Shown: positions 9,485-18,963 of the stretch, one piece after another
Numbering within the stretch: position 1 is the stretch's first letter
How the letters are laid out: each line of letters opens with the position of its first letter
DNA from: Candidatus Saccharimonadales bacterium
GTDB taxonomy: Bacteria > Patescibacteriota > Saccharimonadia > Saccharimonadales > 2-12-FULL-41-12
Direction of reading: 5' to 3'
DNA: 64,000 nucleotides
Assembly (NCBI GenBank): GCA_025451045.1
Contig: JANWLD010000001.1
Location: forward strand, 133,812-197,811
Position numbers and translations under genes: made by a program
The notes under the pieces: generated by a model
What the model saw: only the letters and a program-made list of their open reading frames with translations
What the model was told of the DNA's origin: nothing
Databases searched by the model: none

Positions 9485-10930
9485 ATGAGTATATCCGGCA
9501 AAACAAAAAAGCTAGTTAAACGTTATAAATTTATGTTGATTGGAATTTTAGCGGTTATTTTCCTATATGTAGGAGTTGCAGGAACGGTATCGGCGACGGC
9601 TCAATGGTGGGTTGGCACTGGTGATACCGTTCACCATGTAGACTACATCTGGCGCTTACATAACGGAGATATCCCTAAACGCACCGATGGTATACAGTAC
9701 CCGCCATTTGTTAAGCTAGGTGGGCAGAAACCACAGATAGAGTCCGCTAATCCGCCATTGTTTTATGCCCTGCAAGCACCGCTTATTGGACCATTGCTAA
9801 ACCAAGACCATTGGGAAAAGGCTATCGCTGTGGGCAGGGCAATCAATATATTCATCGGCGTGATATGTATAATCGTATTAGCTTGGGCTGGCTGGTTATT
9901 TGGCGGTAGACGCAGGGAAATGTTTGCGGTCGCAGTACCGGCTTTATCGGTAATGACGTATAGGTTCACAAGGTTGAATCTGGATTATTCCGTTGATGCG
10001 CTACTTCTGGTGTTTTCGACTTTGTCGATTATCTTTATCTATAAACTTCTGCAAAACGGGCTTCAGAAAAAATATCTGGCAGTTCTTACGCTTCTATCCG
10101 TGGCAGGCATGGCAACCAAAGGGCCTTATATAATGTTCCTAGGCGTTACTTTGCTGGCAATCATCCTGGCATCGGTAGTCCATGGCAAGAAAAGCACAGT
10201 TAAGAATATTTTGAGCGGTTCAGCCATATCGGCGGCTATTTTAGTGATCACCCTTATTTGTATAGGTTGGTTCTACTACTTTTGGAATTACAAGGTTTAC
10301 GGCAACTGGTTTACGGCCCGCCCGCCCGAATATAGGGGTAACCGGGAAGTAAAATCATTTCATGAAGTAATCACCAGCACCAGCCTTTGGTTCATATTCT
10401 ATACTGGATATGCGAAGGCTATCGCGGTATCCGCCGCAATTACCAGTTTTGCTACTGCCGGAATATTGATTGTGAAGAAAAGTGGTATCAAAAAACTGTT
10501 AAGCGACAAGCCTCTGCATCTGACCGCTTTGCTGATGGCCTTAGCTACAATCGGTATATTCGCCACCCAGATTCAGCACGCTGTAGGTATAGGGGCATAT
10601 AATTTCAGGTATATGCTGCCGGCAATGTTGCCGATAGCACTGCTAATGACATACGGATTGTTGGAATTTAAGCGCGCTAGGGGACAGCTGGTAGCCCTAG
10701 CCGCCGCAGCCGCCGGCTACACATCGATATTGGCGGTCGCTTCTTCTTCAACTTTGGCTGACAGGGTATCGGGGTTTGAATCTGCCGACGGCAATGTAAA
10801 CAAATTGCTCACCGCGACATCTAGCAATGGGCTGTCTGACTCGATACTTTATATTTTGTTAGGACTATGTGCCATCGGAGCAATACTTTTGTCAGTGTCG
10901 CTGTTTAGGCTTTCAAGATCGGACAGATAA
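9485..10930 (+). CDS. polytopic membrane protein, ArnT/PMT-like GT-C candidate
   Basis: More than 10 hydrophobic spans across 481 aa. The ORF is open from GTG 9458, but ATG 9485 sits just downstream of the -10. No soluble domain. Confidence 0.45.
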   Translation: MSISGKTKKLVKRYKFMLIGILAVIFLYVGVAGTVSATAQWWVGTGDTVHHVDYIWRLHNGDIPKRTDGIQYPPFVKLGGQKPQIESANPPLFYALQAPLIGPLLNQDHWEKAIAVGRAINIFIGVICIIVLAWAGWLFGGRRREMFAVAVPALSVMTYRFTRLNLDYSVDALLLVFSTLSIIFIYKLLQNGLQKKYLAVLTLLSVAGMATKGPYIMFLGVTLLAIILASVVHGKKSTVKNILSGSAISAAILVITLICIGWFYYFWNYKVYGNWFTARPPEYRGNREVKSFHEVITSTSLWFIFYTGYAKAIAVSAAITSFATAGILIVKKSGIKKLLSDKPLHLTALLMALATIGIFATQIQHAVGIGAYNFRYMLPAMLPIALLMTYGLLEFKRARGQLVALAAAAAGYTSILAVASSSTLADRVSGFESADGNVNKLLTATSSNGLSDSILYILLGLCAIGAILLSVSLFRLSRSDR

Positions 10931-10931
10931 C

Positions 10932-12623
10932 TTATTGGCTTAATATTACATTCTTTAGCAAGTTGGTGATGCTCGGGCTGTCATAGACTTCCCACCACTT
11001 AGCCATACTTTTGCTAGTGGTGCTTTCGATATCTCCCGGGTTGCTGGAAGTACGAACTACGTAATATCTCCCGTCTCGCTGGAAGCCTTTGCCGAATTGT
11101 TTAGACGTACCAATAATAGCCGGGACATCTGCGCTTAAGTCGGGACCATCAAATAAACTGCCAACATATTGCCAGCGGTCATTAAAGCGCACCGGGTTTA
11201 TTCTTCGAACAGTTCCATGGTCAAACAAGTACCAATCACTGCCTACATGGAATGATGCTCTTATAGTTCCTCCAAGCCCATCGTTAGTATCGGGAGTATT
11301 TTTAATTTGAGAAAGGTATTCACCGGAAATAGTGATTACTGGTACTGCATCGTAACCGGTAATCAGTTTCAGATACGTCGTATTAGTATCGGGACTACCA
11401 GTGCCTGAAATAGGATAAATTTTCCCGCCGTCTAAAAGATAAACCTTTCCGCTATTGGCTGAACGCGCTAATCTGGCGAGCTTACTGTTGATTTGTAATT
11501 CGCTAAGCGTTCTGCCCTCAAATTGTGGCGTCTCGCTATTGTATTCACTTTCAAATCCCCAGGCTCTGGCGATTGATGAACTTTGGATATTAATGAAAGT
11601 CTGGCGATTTAGCAGGTACTTCTTACCAGTATTTCTAGACCCTGCAATATTATTAAGGGGCAGAGTATAGGCAGGGTAGCCACAGCCCTTATCGCTATCG
11701 CCGCTGACAAAGAAATCAGTTAACCCCCATTCTCTAATGGCATAATCACTAAGCTGGCGTTTTTTCGCTATATAACTTTCGATCATATATTTTTGCCCGC
11801 TACATTCAATCAGCCTGAAAGCGGATTGCCCAATAGGATTGCCGAACCAATCATTGAACAGCCTCCAGAAATTGCGGTTGCCATATGAACTGCAACTGTC
11901 GCCTAGACCATAGAGATGGCTAAGTGCCGCTTTGTTCGGGGTATAAGGAGTATAGTTATAAAGCCCGGCGGTAGCCTGGTTTTCTATGAAGACACTTTTC
12001 TTGCCACAACTGGTCCGCGGGTGATATTGGATTTGGTTGGTCAGGCCGGCCTTGTAAGAGTATGTATCCTTATCTCGAGCGTATTTTTTAAACTGCCAAG
12101 CGGCTTTGTAGACTTGGTTGAAAAAGCCATAATATTCACTATTACAGGGAGCGGTATCAGGACAACCGTAACCAGTCGCGCTTCGGTATTGCGTAGTTGA
12201 AGGACTAGTGTCAGTTATCAGGCTTTGCTCTTTCTGGAGTAAAACTATTAAAACTTTTTGGCTGACACCACAAGCTTTGCCAACACTATAGATTATCTTG
12301 GCCGCAGATTGAGAAGTAGTTTTCTCTCCTAGCTTGTTGCAAAGCTCAGATTGAGCCGCTCTTTCTGGAGTACCGCTGCGTGAGTAATCCTTAAGACAGG
12401 TGTAGCCATCGTCACAATCAGGTACTTTAGAGTCCAAGAATGACTGTATCCTTGTTGCGCTCAAAGCGTCGCCGTCAAAAAAAGTTGAATTATCAATAAT
12501 ACGTCCAGCCTTGAAGCTACTGCCGGAAAGAGCCTCTGTTTTGGCGCGTGCACCAAAATTAAATATTGATACAAACAGAGCGATGATTATTAAGAGGTTA
12601 AAAAAAAATTTAGACTTAATCAT
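10932..12623 (-). CDS. secreted Cys-rich protein, possible cell-wall-active enzyme
   Basis: Signal-peptide-like N-terminus (FFFNLLIIIALFVSIFNFGARA). It has a conserved-looking block VLIVLLQKEQSLITD...GYGCPD...YGNRNFWRLFNDWFG that I recall from secreted proteins of Gram-positive bacteria. The function is not established. Confidence 0.4.
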   Translation of the reverse strand: MIKSKFFFNLLIIIALFVSIFNFGARAKTEALSGSSFKAGRIIDNSTFFDGDALSATRIQSFLDSKVPDCDDGYTCLKDYSRSGTPERAAQSELCNKLGEKTTSQSAAKIIYSVGKACGVSQKVLIVLLQKEQSLITDTSPSTTQYRSATGYGCPDTAPCNSEYYGFFNQVYKAAWQFKKYARDKDTYSYKAGLTNQIQYHPRTSCGKKSVFIENQATAGLYNYTPYTPNKAALSHLYGLGDSCSSYGNRNFWRLFNDWFGNPIGQSAFRLIECSGQKYMIESYIAKKRQLSDYAIREWGLTDFFVSGDSDKGCGYPAYTLPLNNIAGSRNTGKKYLLNRQTFINIQSSSIARAWGFESEYNSETPQFEGRTLSELQINSKLARLARSANSGKVYLLDGGKIYPISGTGSPDTNTTYLKLITGYDAVPVITISGEYLSQIKNTPDTNDGLGGTIRASFHVGSDWYLFDHGTVRRINPVRFNDRWQYVGSLFDGPDLSADVPAIIGTSKQFGKGFQRDGRYYVVRTSSNPGDIESTTSKSMAKWWEVYDSPSITNLLKNVILSQ

Positions 12624-12627
12624 AGAC

Positions 12628-13161
12628 TTAATTTATTTCTATATTTACCGATTCTGAAGAACCTCGGGCTTTTTTAGAAGAGTAATTCACTTGTGCCGTC
12701 CAGGTGCCGCTACTGAATTTATCTGCCGTTATGCTTATGAAGCCGCAGCTTGTTTCGGAAACATTGTCCGTCGACTTTTTAGTTTGAGTTATCTGTTTGC
12801 CGTCTTTTTCAACGACAAGAGTGCATGTACCACCGTTTTCTATGATTCCGGGAACCCTCGAGCCTACCTCTACACCGCCTGCTGCAGTGTAACCATAAGC
12901 TGTTATTATCGGAGTAACTTTTTTCTTTGAAGCCATTTGAGCCTGGGAATTGCTACCGAACTGGTCGGCTGAAGCCTTTTTATCTTCCTCCATTCCGGCC
13001 GTAGAATTAATGTCCACACCGGTGGTGCCGATAGGAGTTTTATCGTTTTGTATGTGGCGGTTGTAGCCAGCATAAGCCAAAACGGCGGCAATCAATACCA
13101 CAGTTGTAATCAATAATGATTTTTTGCTCATTTTCTTTAACTTTTTTGTTTTTATAGACAC
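12628..13161 (-). CDS. membrane-anchored extracytoplasmic protein, hypothetical
   Basis: Basic N-terminus followed by one TM (LLITTVVLIAAVLAYAG). The start is GTG 13161 or ATG 13131. Confidence 0.45.
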   Translation of the reverse strand: MSIKTKKLKKMSKKSLLITTVVLIAAVLAYAGYNRHIQNDKTPIGTTGVDINSTAGMEEDKKASADQFGSNSQAQMASKKKVTPIITAYGYTAAGGVEVGSRVPGIIENGGTCTLVVEKDGKQITQTKKSTDNVSETSCGFISITADKFSSGTWTAQVNYSSKKARGSSESVNIEIN

Positions 13162-13227
13162 ATTAATACATTAGCACATATTGCAACTTTTTTCAAGAGC
13201 TAGTGCTTAACTCATTAGTGTCTAGCT

Positions 13228-13255
13228 TTGATACCCTAATAGGAGGCTTTATAAT
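13228..13255 (+). promoter_or_regulatory. sigma70-like promoter TTGATA-16-TATAAT, 11 nt upstream of ATG 13267
   Basis: TTGATA at 13228-33 and TATAAT at 13250-55. Confidence 0.5.
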
Positions 13256-13266
13256 AAGAATAAGTA

Positions 13267-14352
13267 ATGAAGAAACTGAAAAAACTTGTAGTTTTCTTGT
13301 TATCCATCAAATTTATCCGGAAAACTTATAATGCCTTCTCACTATTTTTGGCACGGATAGGCGGCCTGAACCGGGTTACAAGTGTTTTTTACCATTGGAT
13401 TGGTTTTTTAAGCTTTTCGCGCGAACAATACGCTGTTTTAACTGGGCGCAAAAGCTACTACCGTAACCTGGACAGACGCCGCAAAAGCCGCTCCGAACTG
13501 CGCAGAAATACCCACCGGCTGGAAAAAGGCCTGTTGATGCGCCCGCGGCGTAAAGTGTTCGCCAAAGACTATATAGAAGAAACCATAGAATTTTATGAAA
13601 AGGCTATCACCCAGTACAAAAAAAACAAAGAGGGGGTGGACCAAACCGAACTTGCCTGGGCCCAAAATGTGCTTAATGAATATTTTGCCGTCGTTTCCAA
13701 TGATGACGACAAAATAAACAAGCTCCGCGAAAGATTCCATGCGGTTGATTTTGAACCCGGCGAGGTAGATAAGAAACCGTACAAACGTGGCAATCCGAAA
13801 AGCTCAATTAAATACGAAGACTTATTGGAACTGTCACACCAGCGGCGTTCGGTCAGATGGTTTAAGCAAAAACCGGTGCCAAGAGACCTTATCGACAAAG
13901 CACTTTTAGTAGCTGAACAATCCCCTTCGGCTTGTAACCGCTTGCCGTATGAATTCCGTATCTTTGATCAACCAGAGCTTGTAAAAAAAGTTTCCTCCAT
14001 ACCGTTCGGTTCAGCCGGGTACAGGGACAATATTCCTACCATAATAGTAGTAGTCGGCAAACTAGAGAATTATTTCAGTCCGCGCGATAGGCACTTAGTA
14101 TATGTCGATTCAGCCTTAGCTGTGATGCCTTTTATGTATGCGCTGGAAACTTTAGGGCTGGCATCCAGTTCCATAAACTGGCCTGATTTTGAACCGCTGG
14201 AAGCTAAAATGCAAAAGACTTTAGGATTGTCGCCCGATGAGCGCCCGATAATGTTAATCGCAGTAGGCTATGCCGATCCGGAAGGCATGGTGGCTTATTC
14301 GCAGAAGAAATCGCTGGAAGTTCTTCGGACTTATAACAAGATCGGCCAATGA
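13267..14352 (+). CDS. nitroreductase-family protein with ~170-aa N-terminal extension
   Basis: C-terminal half RRSVRWFKQKPVPRDLIDKALLVAEQSPSACNRLPYEF matches the nitroreductase fold signature. The N-terminal part is not recognised. Confidence 0.7.
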   Translation: MKKLKKLVVFLLSIKFIRKTYNAFSLFLARIGGLNRVTSVFYHWIGFLSFSREQYAVLTGRKSYYRNLDRRRKSRSELRRNTHRLEKGLLMRPRRKVFAKDYIEETIEFYEKAITQYKKNKEGVDQTELAWAQNVLNEYFAVVSNDDDKINKLRERFHAVDFEPGEVDKKPYKRGNPKSSIKYEDLLELSHQRRSVRWFKQKPVPRDLIDKALLVAEQSPSACNRLPYEFRIFDQPELVKKVSSIPFGSAGYRDNIPTIIVVVGKLENYFSPRDRHLVYVDSALAVMPFMYALETLGLASSSINWPDFEPLEAKMQKTLGLSPDERPIMLIAVGYADPEGMVAYSQKKSLEVLRTYNKIGQ

Positions 14353-15284
14353 AAAAAATTGCTCGTTATAGATCGCTGCTTTCATGGGTAATTATCATAG
14401 TTACCGTATACTTCTTTGCTAAGACCCTTAAAAATAATTGGGATAATCTTGAGGGAGTCAGTCTTGCGCCCGATTTGTTAATTGTGGCGGCTGTAATCCT
14501 GTTTGTCCTGTCGATAGTATCTTCTGGCCTGCTGTGGGGTAAAGTAGCTAAAAAATTGACAGGTGCCCGGGTATCAGCAGCTGAGGCCGTACGTATCCAT
14601 TTGGCTTCTTGGCTACTTAAATATATACCGGGTCAGGCAGGCTCATTGCTTAATAAACTGGCATGGGCAAAACAGCGTAATATTGACGGTAAAAAGATAA
14701 CAGCTTCATTCATCTACGAAAATGTTTTTTTAGTACTGGCTTCAACGGTACCGACTATCCCTATCCTGCTTATAGCCTTGGGAGATAAGTTTAGCGAAAA
14801 CGAAACACTCTTCCTGCCTCTTTTAATAGTCGCGCCTTTCGTATTCATGGTTCTGACACCTTGGTTTTTCACCAAAGCCATAAATCTGCTCTTCAGACTG
14901 GCTAAAAAACAGCAATTGACGCAAGAAGATATGCTGACCGGCCGGGATAACCTGAAGTTTTTTGTACTGTTTATAATTCCGCGTATTATCAATGGCGCTG
15001 CTTTTGTTTTTATTGCGGAATCACTGATAGGCATACCAGCTTCACAATATCTGGTATTTGGCTCAATCTATGTTTTGGCCGGAATCGTGGGGGTATTGGC
15101 TATATTTGTCCCCAGCGGTTTAGGTGTGCGTGAAGCGGTAATCGTTTTGTTCGCCAGTGCTTACATACCAACTGAACAGGCTGTCCTTCTGGCAATAGTA
15201 AGCAGACTCTACGCCACGATAGCAGATATCCTTGTCGCAGTGGTTTATCTTTGGCTTAAACGTTCGGAAGCAGTGAAATCATGA
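14349..15284 (+). CDS. flippase-like / lysyl-PG-synthase TM-region family (UPF0104) membrane protein
   Basis: About 8 hydrophobic spans and the SWLLKYIPGQAGS motif typical of UPF0104. An ATGA overlap is present at both ends. Confidence 0.6.
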   Translation: MKKIARYRSLLSWVIIIVTVYFFAKTLKNNWDNLEGVSLAPDLLIVAAVILFVLSIVSSGLLWGKVAKKLTGARVSAAEAVRIHLASWLLKYIPGQAGSLLNKLAWAKQRNIDGKKITASFIYENVFLVLASTVPTIPILLIALGDKFSENETLFLPLLIVAPFVFMVLTPWFFTKAINLLFRLAKKQQLTQEDMLTGRDNLKFFVLFIIPRIINGAAFVFIAESLIGIPASQYLVFGSIYVLAGIVGVLAIFVPSGLGVREAVIVLFASAYIPTEQAVLLAIVSRLYATIADILVAVVYLWLKRSEAVKS

Positions 15285-16504
15285 AGAAGATAGTAATAAT
15301 TGGCTCGACGTTATCCGGCAATAAAGGAGCTGCGGCTATGCTGGAAAGCTCCATCCAGACCTTGGGCAAGTATTATCCGGATGCCAAATTTACACTGTTC
15401 AGCTACATACCGATCGCAAAAGAACAAGCTAAAAATCCTTATAACAATCTGGAAATTCTTAAAGCGACTCCGCTTTATCTAGGCATAGTCATAAATTCTT
15501 TGGCGCTTTTACATCGTGTAATTCCACCACTAAGGCCTTTGTTGCGGAGATCAAAACAGATAAAAGCTTTAAACGAAGCTGACATTCTTTTGGACCAAGG
15601 CGGGATTACATTTGTTGATGGCCGGGAGAAGTTTTTGCTGTACAACGTAGCTAGTATTTTGCCAGCCTTGATGATGAAGGCCAAAGTCGTAAAATGCGCC
15701 CAAGCCATGGGGCCGTTTAATAAAAAACTTAACAGAGCAGTAGCTAAATTAATTTTGCCCAGAGTTACTTTAATAGTTTCCCGGGGTTCGGCCACCCACG
15801 AACATCTGATGTCGCTCGGGCTTAGAAATGTTATAGCAGGTGCGGATTACGCTTTTCTTTTGGAGCTTACTGAGGCTGAAAAGAAACAGGCAAGGGAGTA
15901 TTATCAATCAGAATTTTTCGAAGGGCATAAAACCGTAGGCATATCACCAAGCGTAGTTATGCAAAAGAAGGTTGAATCAGCCGGCAAGGACTACGCAGGG
16001 CTTTTAGCGGAGTTTATTGATTATCTAACTAAGGAGGGTTATAAAACGGTTCTATTGCCACACAGTGCTCGCGAAGGGACGGATAAGACACACAACAATG
16101 ATTTGCCGGTTTGCCGTGAGATTTATAAAAAGCTTAGCAATAAAAAGGAGTGTCTTTTCATAGACAAGGAGCTAACCTCGCAGGAACTGCGCGCTATCAT
16201 TGGCAAGTGCGACCTGTTCGTAGCGTCACGCTTCCATGCGATGGTTTCGGCCCTCGCGATGGAAGTACCAGTATTAGTTGTCGGCTGGAGTCATAAATAC
16301 CGGGAAGTATTGGAGATGTTCGGTCTGGAAAACTGGGCTTTCGGCCAAGACAAACTCTCGGCAAAGTATTTGAGGGGGAGGTTTGATTATTTGGAAAAAG
16401 AACAAAAAACCATCCGCCAAAAGTTAGGGGATAATCTGCCTCAAGTAAAACAAAAATCTCAAAAACAAGTCGAAGCTATAGTAAACATACTCAAGGAGAA
16501 CTGA
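15281..16504 (+). CDS. polysaccharide pyruvyl transferase family protein (WcaK/CsaB-like)
   Basis: N-terminus KIVIIGSTLSGNKGAAAMLES and C-terminus ASRFHAMVSALAMEVPVLVVGWSHKY resemble the pyruvyl-transferase family. Confidence 0.7.
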   Translation: MKKIVIIGSTLSGNKGAAAMLESSIQTLGKYYPDAKFTLFSYIPIAKEQAKNPYNNLEILKATPLYLGIVINSLALLHRVIPPLRPLLRRSKQIKALNEADILLDQGGITFVDGREKFLLYNVASILPALMMKAKVVKCAQAMGPFNKKLNRAVAKLILPRVTLIVSRGSATHEHLMSLGLRNVIAGADYAFLLELTEAEKKQAREYYQSEFFEGHKTVGISPSVVMQKKVESAGKDYAGLLAEFIDYLTKEGYKTVLLPHSAREGTDKTHNNDLPVCREIYKKLSNKKECLFIDKELTSQELRAIIGKCDLFVASRFHAMVSALAMEVPVLVVGWSHKYREVLEMFGLENWAFGQDKLSAKYLRGRFDYLEKEQKTIRQKLGDNLPQVKQKSQKQVEAIVNILKEN

Positions 16505-16505
16505 G

Positions 16506-17471
16506 CTACTTCTTTGAGTATTGGATTTTTTTAGTACGCTCCAGCGTATCCTCGGTTAAAATTCGATTTGTACGGATTAAATCGGCAATGATTGCTAAAG
16601 CAAAAGAGATTCCTGATGCAAAAAAGAATACGGCACCAATAATTAATGATTGTAAATGTCCGCCGTGATGCTCGGCAAAGTAAATGTAGATGAATCTGGC
16701 GAAAGGTATAAGACCAAGAAGGAAAAAGAGGATGCCAAGATTAACAAAAATAATGTAAGGTTTGTGCATTATGTAGCTTCGGATAATCGCAACGGCTGAT
16801 TTGTACATATGATGCCACATAGATTTGAATAAACGGCTTTCTCGAGTCTTCGGATTGGTGGTTATCTTAACGCTGGTTATCGGAATGCGCTTATTGCCGG
16901 CATGGATGATGGTTTCCATGCAATAGCTGAAGGTCGTTATTACATTTATTTTAATCGCCGCGTCCCTTGAGTAGGCGCGGAAACCACTTGCCGCGTCCGG
17001 CAAATTGGTGCCGGCTGCTTTGTTTACTACCACACTGCCAACTTTTTGGAAAAATTTCTTTAAAGCCGAAAAGTGTTTGATAGTGTGAGTTTGACGATCT
17101 CCAATGACAATCTCGGCTTTGCCAGCAAGTATCGGCCTTACCAATTTTCCGATATCAGCTTGGGGGTATTGGTTATCACCATCAGTATTAACGATGATAT
17201 CGGCGCCATGAGACAAGCAGTAGTCTAATCCGTCGCTGAAAGATTTGGCTAGACCCTGGTTTTGTTTGTGAATTACAAAATGATTAACACCAAGAGATTT
17301 GGCTATTTTGATGGTTTTATCCGACGAACCGTCATCTATGACCAATATCGATATATCATCAATCCCGTCAATTTTCTTCGGGATAGACTGAAGTACCGAG
17401 GACAAAGTCTCTTCCTCATTCAGGCAGGGAATCTGGACGAACAGCTTCATACTAGGGCTATAATATACCAT
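16506..17471 (-). CDS. polyprenyl-phosphate glycosyltransferase (GT2, GtrB/DPM1/ArnC-like) with C-terminal TM helices
   Basis: FVQIPCLNEE, VIDDGSSDKT and TDGDNQY motifs plus two C-terminal TM helices. The likely true start is ATG 17450 (MKLFVQIP). Confidence 0.8.
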   Translation of the reverse strand: MVYYSPSMKLFVQIPCLNEEETLSSVLQSIPKKIDGIDDISILVIDDGSSDKTIKIAKSLGVNHFVIHKQNQGLAKSFSDGLDYCLSHGADIIVNTDGDNQYPQADIGKLVRPILAGKAEIVIGDRQTHTIKHFSALKKFFQKVGSVVVNKAAGTNLPDAASGFRAYSRDAAIKINVITTFSYCMETIIHAGNKRIPITSVKITTNPKTRESRLFKSMWHHMYKSAVAIIRSYIMHKPYIIFVNLGILFFLLGLIPFARFIYIYFAEHHGGHLQSLIIGAVFFFASGISFALAIIADLIRTNRILTEDTLERTKKIQYSKK

Positions 17472-17523
17472 AAATCAAGGAGATAACTGTTACAATCCTA
17501 TAGTTTCAAAGGAGTAATAAATC

Positions 17524-18963
17524 GTGGGCCGACTCAGGCGAATAATATTATCAAAGTACTTTTTACCGATTGTTTTTATCTTTTTTGGGCTGCTGGCGGT
17601 TTTTTACGCCGGGTACATTGGGTTTGGTATTCCGTCCGATGAAAATTATCATTTCGGCTCTATAAAATATTATGCCGACCAGCCGATTACAACCGGTCCT
17701 TTTACCCATAATCAGGATCCGGCAAGCATACCGATTATCAGGGCAATCGACCGCAATCCGAACTACTTATACCACTATTTGCTTAGCCTGCCCCTTAGAG
17801 GCATAGAGAAGCTTCATTTAAGCCAATACACTGAAGTATTGCTGCTGCGCTTCATAAACATAATACTAGTCATGCTGGCGCTTTATGTGCTTAAAAGGTG
17901 CTTGGATGAAATATCGGATGACAAGCTGGTAAAGAACCTCGCCATCTTTGCTTTGTCAGTAACTGGTATGGCCGTATGGGTGGCCGGCTCAATAAACTAT
18001 GATAACTTAGCAAATCTATTGTTTGTCTTATTTGTGTGGGTTTCGATACGGATTATCAAAAAACCTAGCGCGCTTTTAATAATTCTGGCTTTGATTTTGG
18101 CCATGGCGACTACGCTGAGTAAAAGCGTGTTTATTCCCGTGCTTGGGATTGGCCTGATTGCGCTGGTTTTTGCGCTTCGAACGAAAAGCTACGGCTTTAA
18201 TATATTTTATGCCCAGACCAAAAAATCATTTCGAACCAGGAGACTGTTGACTTCATCGGTCATATTAACCGCACTGCTTTTCTCCGGGCTTATAGTTGAG
18301 AGAATCGGCCTAAACCTTGTTCACTACCAAGCAGTAAAACCAAGCTGCACGAAGTTCTTCAAAGTGGAAGAATGCCGTACATACAATGTATTCAACCGTA
18401 ATTTTAGCCAAAAGCGCAGTTATAACGCGGAAGCCAAGGCTTCTTTCATAAAAAACACCAATCCAATCAGTTTCAGCGGCGAATGGCTTTATACGATGTA
18501 CAATACCCTCTATTTTCATCTTGGCGACCGTCGGTTTGAAAGCAGGGCTATAAACCAAATAATAGCCTTTTTATTTGCTATAGTTTTGTCAGTAACGGTA
18601 ATTTTATCAAGAGCAAAAAGCCGGCTTAATAAATCAGCAAAGTACGTATTGTTGCTGACAGTTTCATATGTCACAGCCCTTTTCCTTTATAACGCCAATA
18701 CTTATATTTCGTTCGGTCGCAAGTACGCTTTCCAGGGAAGATATCTGCTGCCTGTCTTGGGTTTCTTATATTTCTTTGTGATACTTTTGGTCGTAAATAC
18801 TTATCGCAACCGCAAGCCAAGCCAGCAAAAAGTATTTGCAGCCATTTGGCTGGCAGCAGTAATAATTTTTATTGTCGCTCATTTCCCGCCGTTGCTTTTA
18901 GCAAAGGAAACGGACAGCTCTTGGCGCCAGGAATTTATTCTGCCCAAAGAGATAGTGGATTAG
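17524..18963 (+). CDS. GT-C-like polytopic membrane protein, paralog B of 7978..9414
   Basis: GTG start with an aaggag SD 8 nt upstream. It shares PSDENYH, NPNYLYHYLLS, PSCTK...EECR and QGRYLLPVL blocks with paralog A. Confidence 0.55.
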   Translation: MGRLRRIILSKYFLPIVFIFFGLLAVFYAGYIGFGIPSDENYHFGSIKYYADQPITTGPFTHNQDPASIPIIRAIDRNPNYLYHYLLSLPLRGIEKLHLSQYTEVLLLRFINIILVMLALYVLKRCLDEISDDKLVKNLAIFALSVTGMAVWVAGSINYDNLANLLFVLFVWVSIRIIKKPSALLIILALILAMATTLSKSVFIPVLGIGLIALVFALRTKSYGFNIFYAQTKKSFRTRRLLTSSVILTALLFSGLIVERIGLNLVHYQAVKPSCTKFFKVEECRTYNVFNRNFSQKRSYNAEAKASFIKNTNPISFSGEWLYTMYNTLYFHLGDRRFESRAINQIIAFLFAIVLSVTVILSRAKSRLNKSAKYVLLLTVSYVTALFLYNANTYISFGRKYAFQGRYLLPVLGFLYFFVILLVVNTYRNRKPSQQKVFAAIWLAAVIIFIVAHFPPLLLAKETDSSWRQEFILPKEIVD

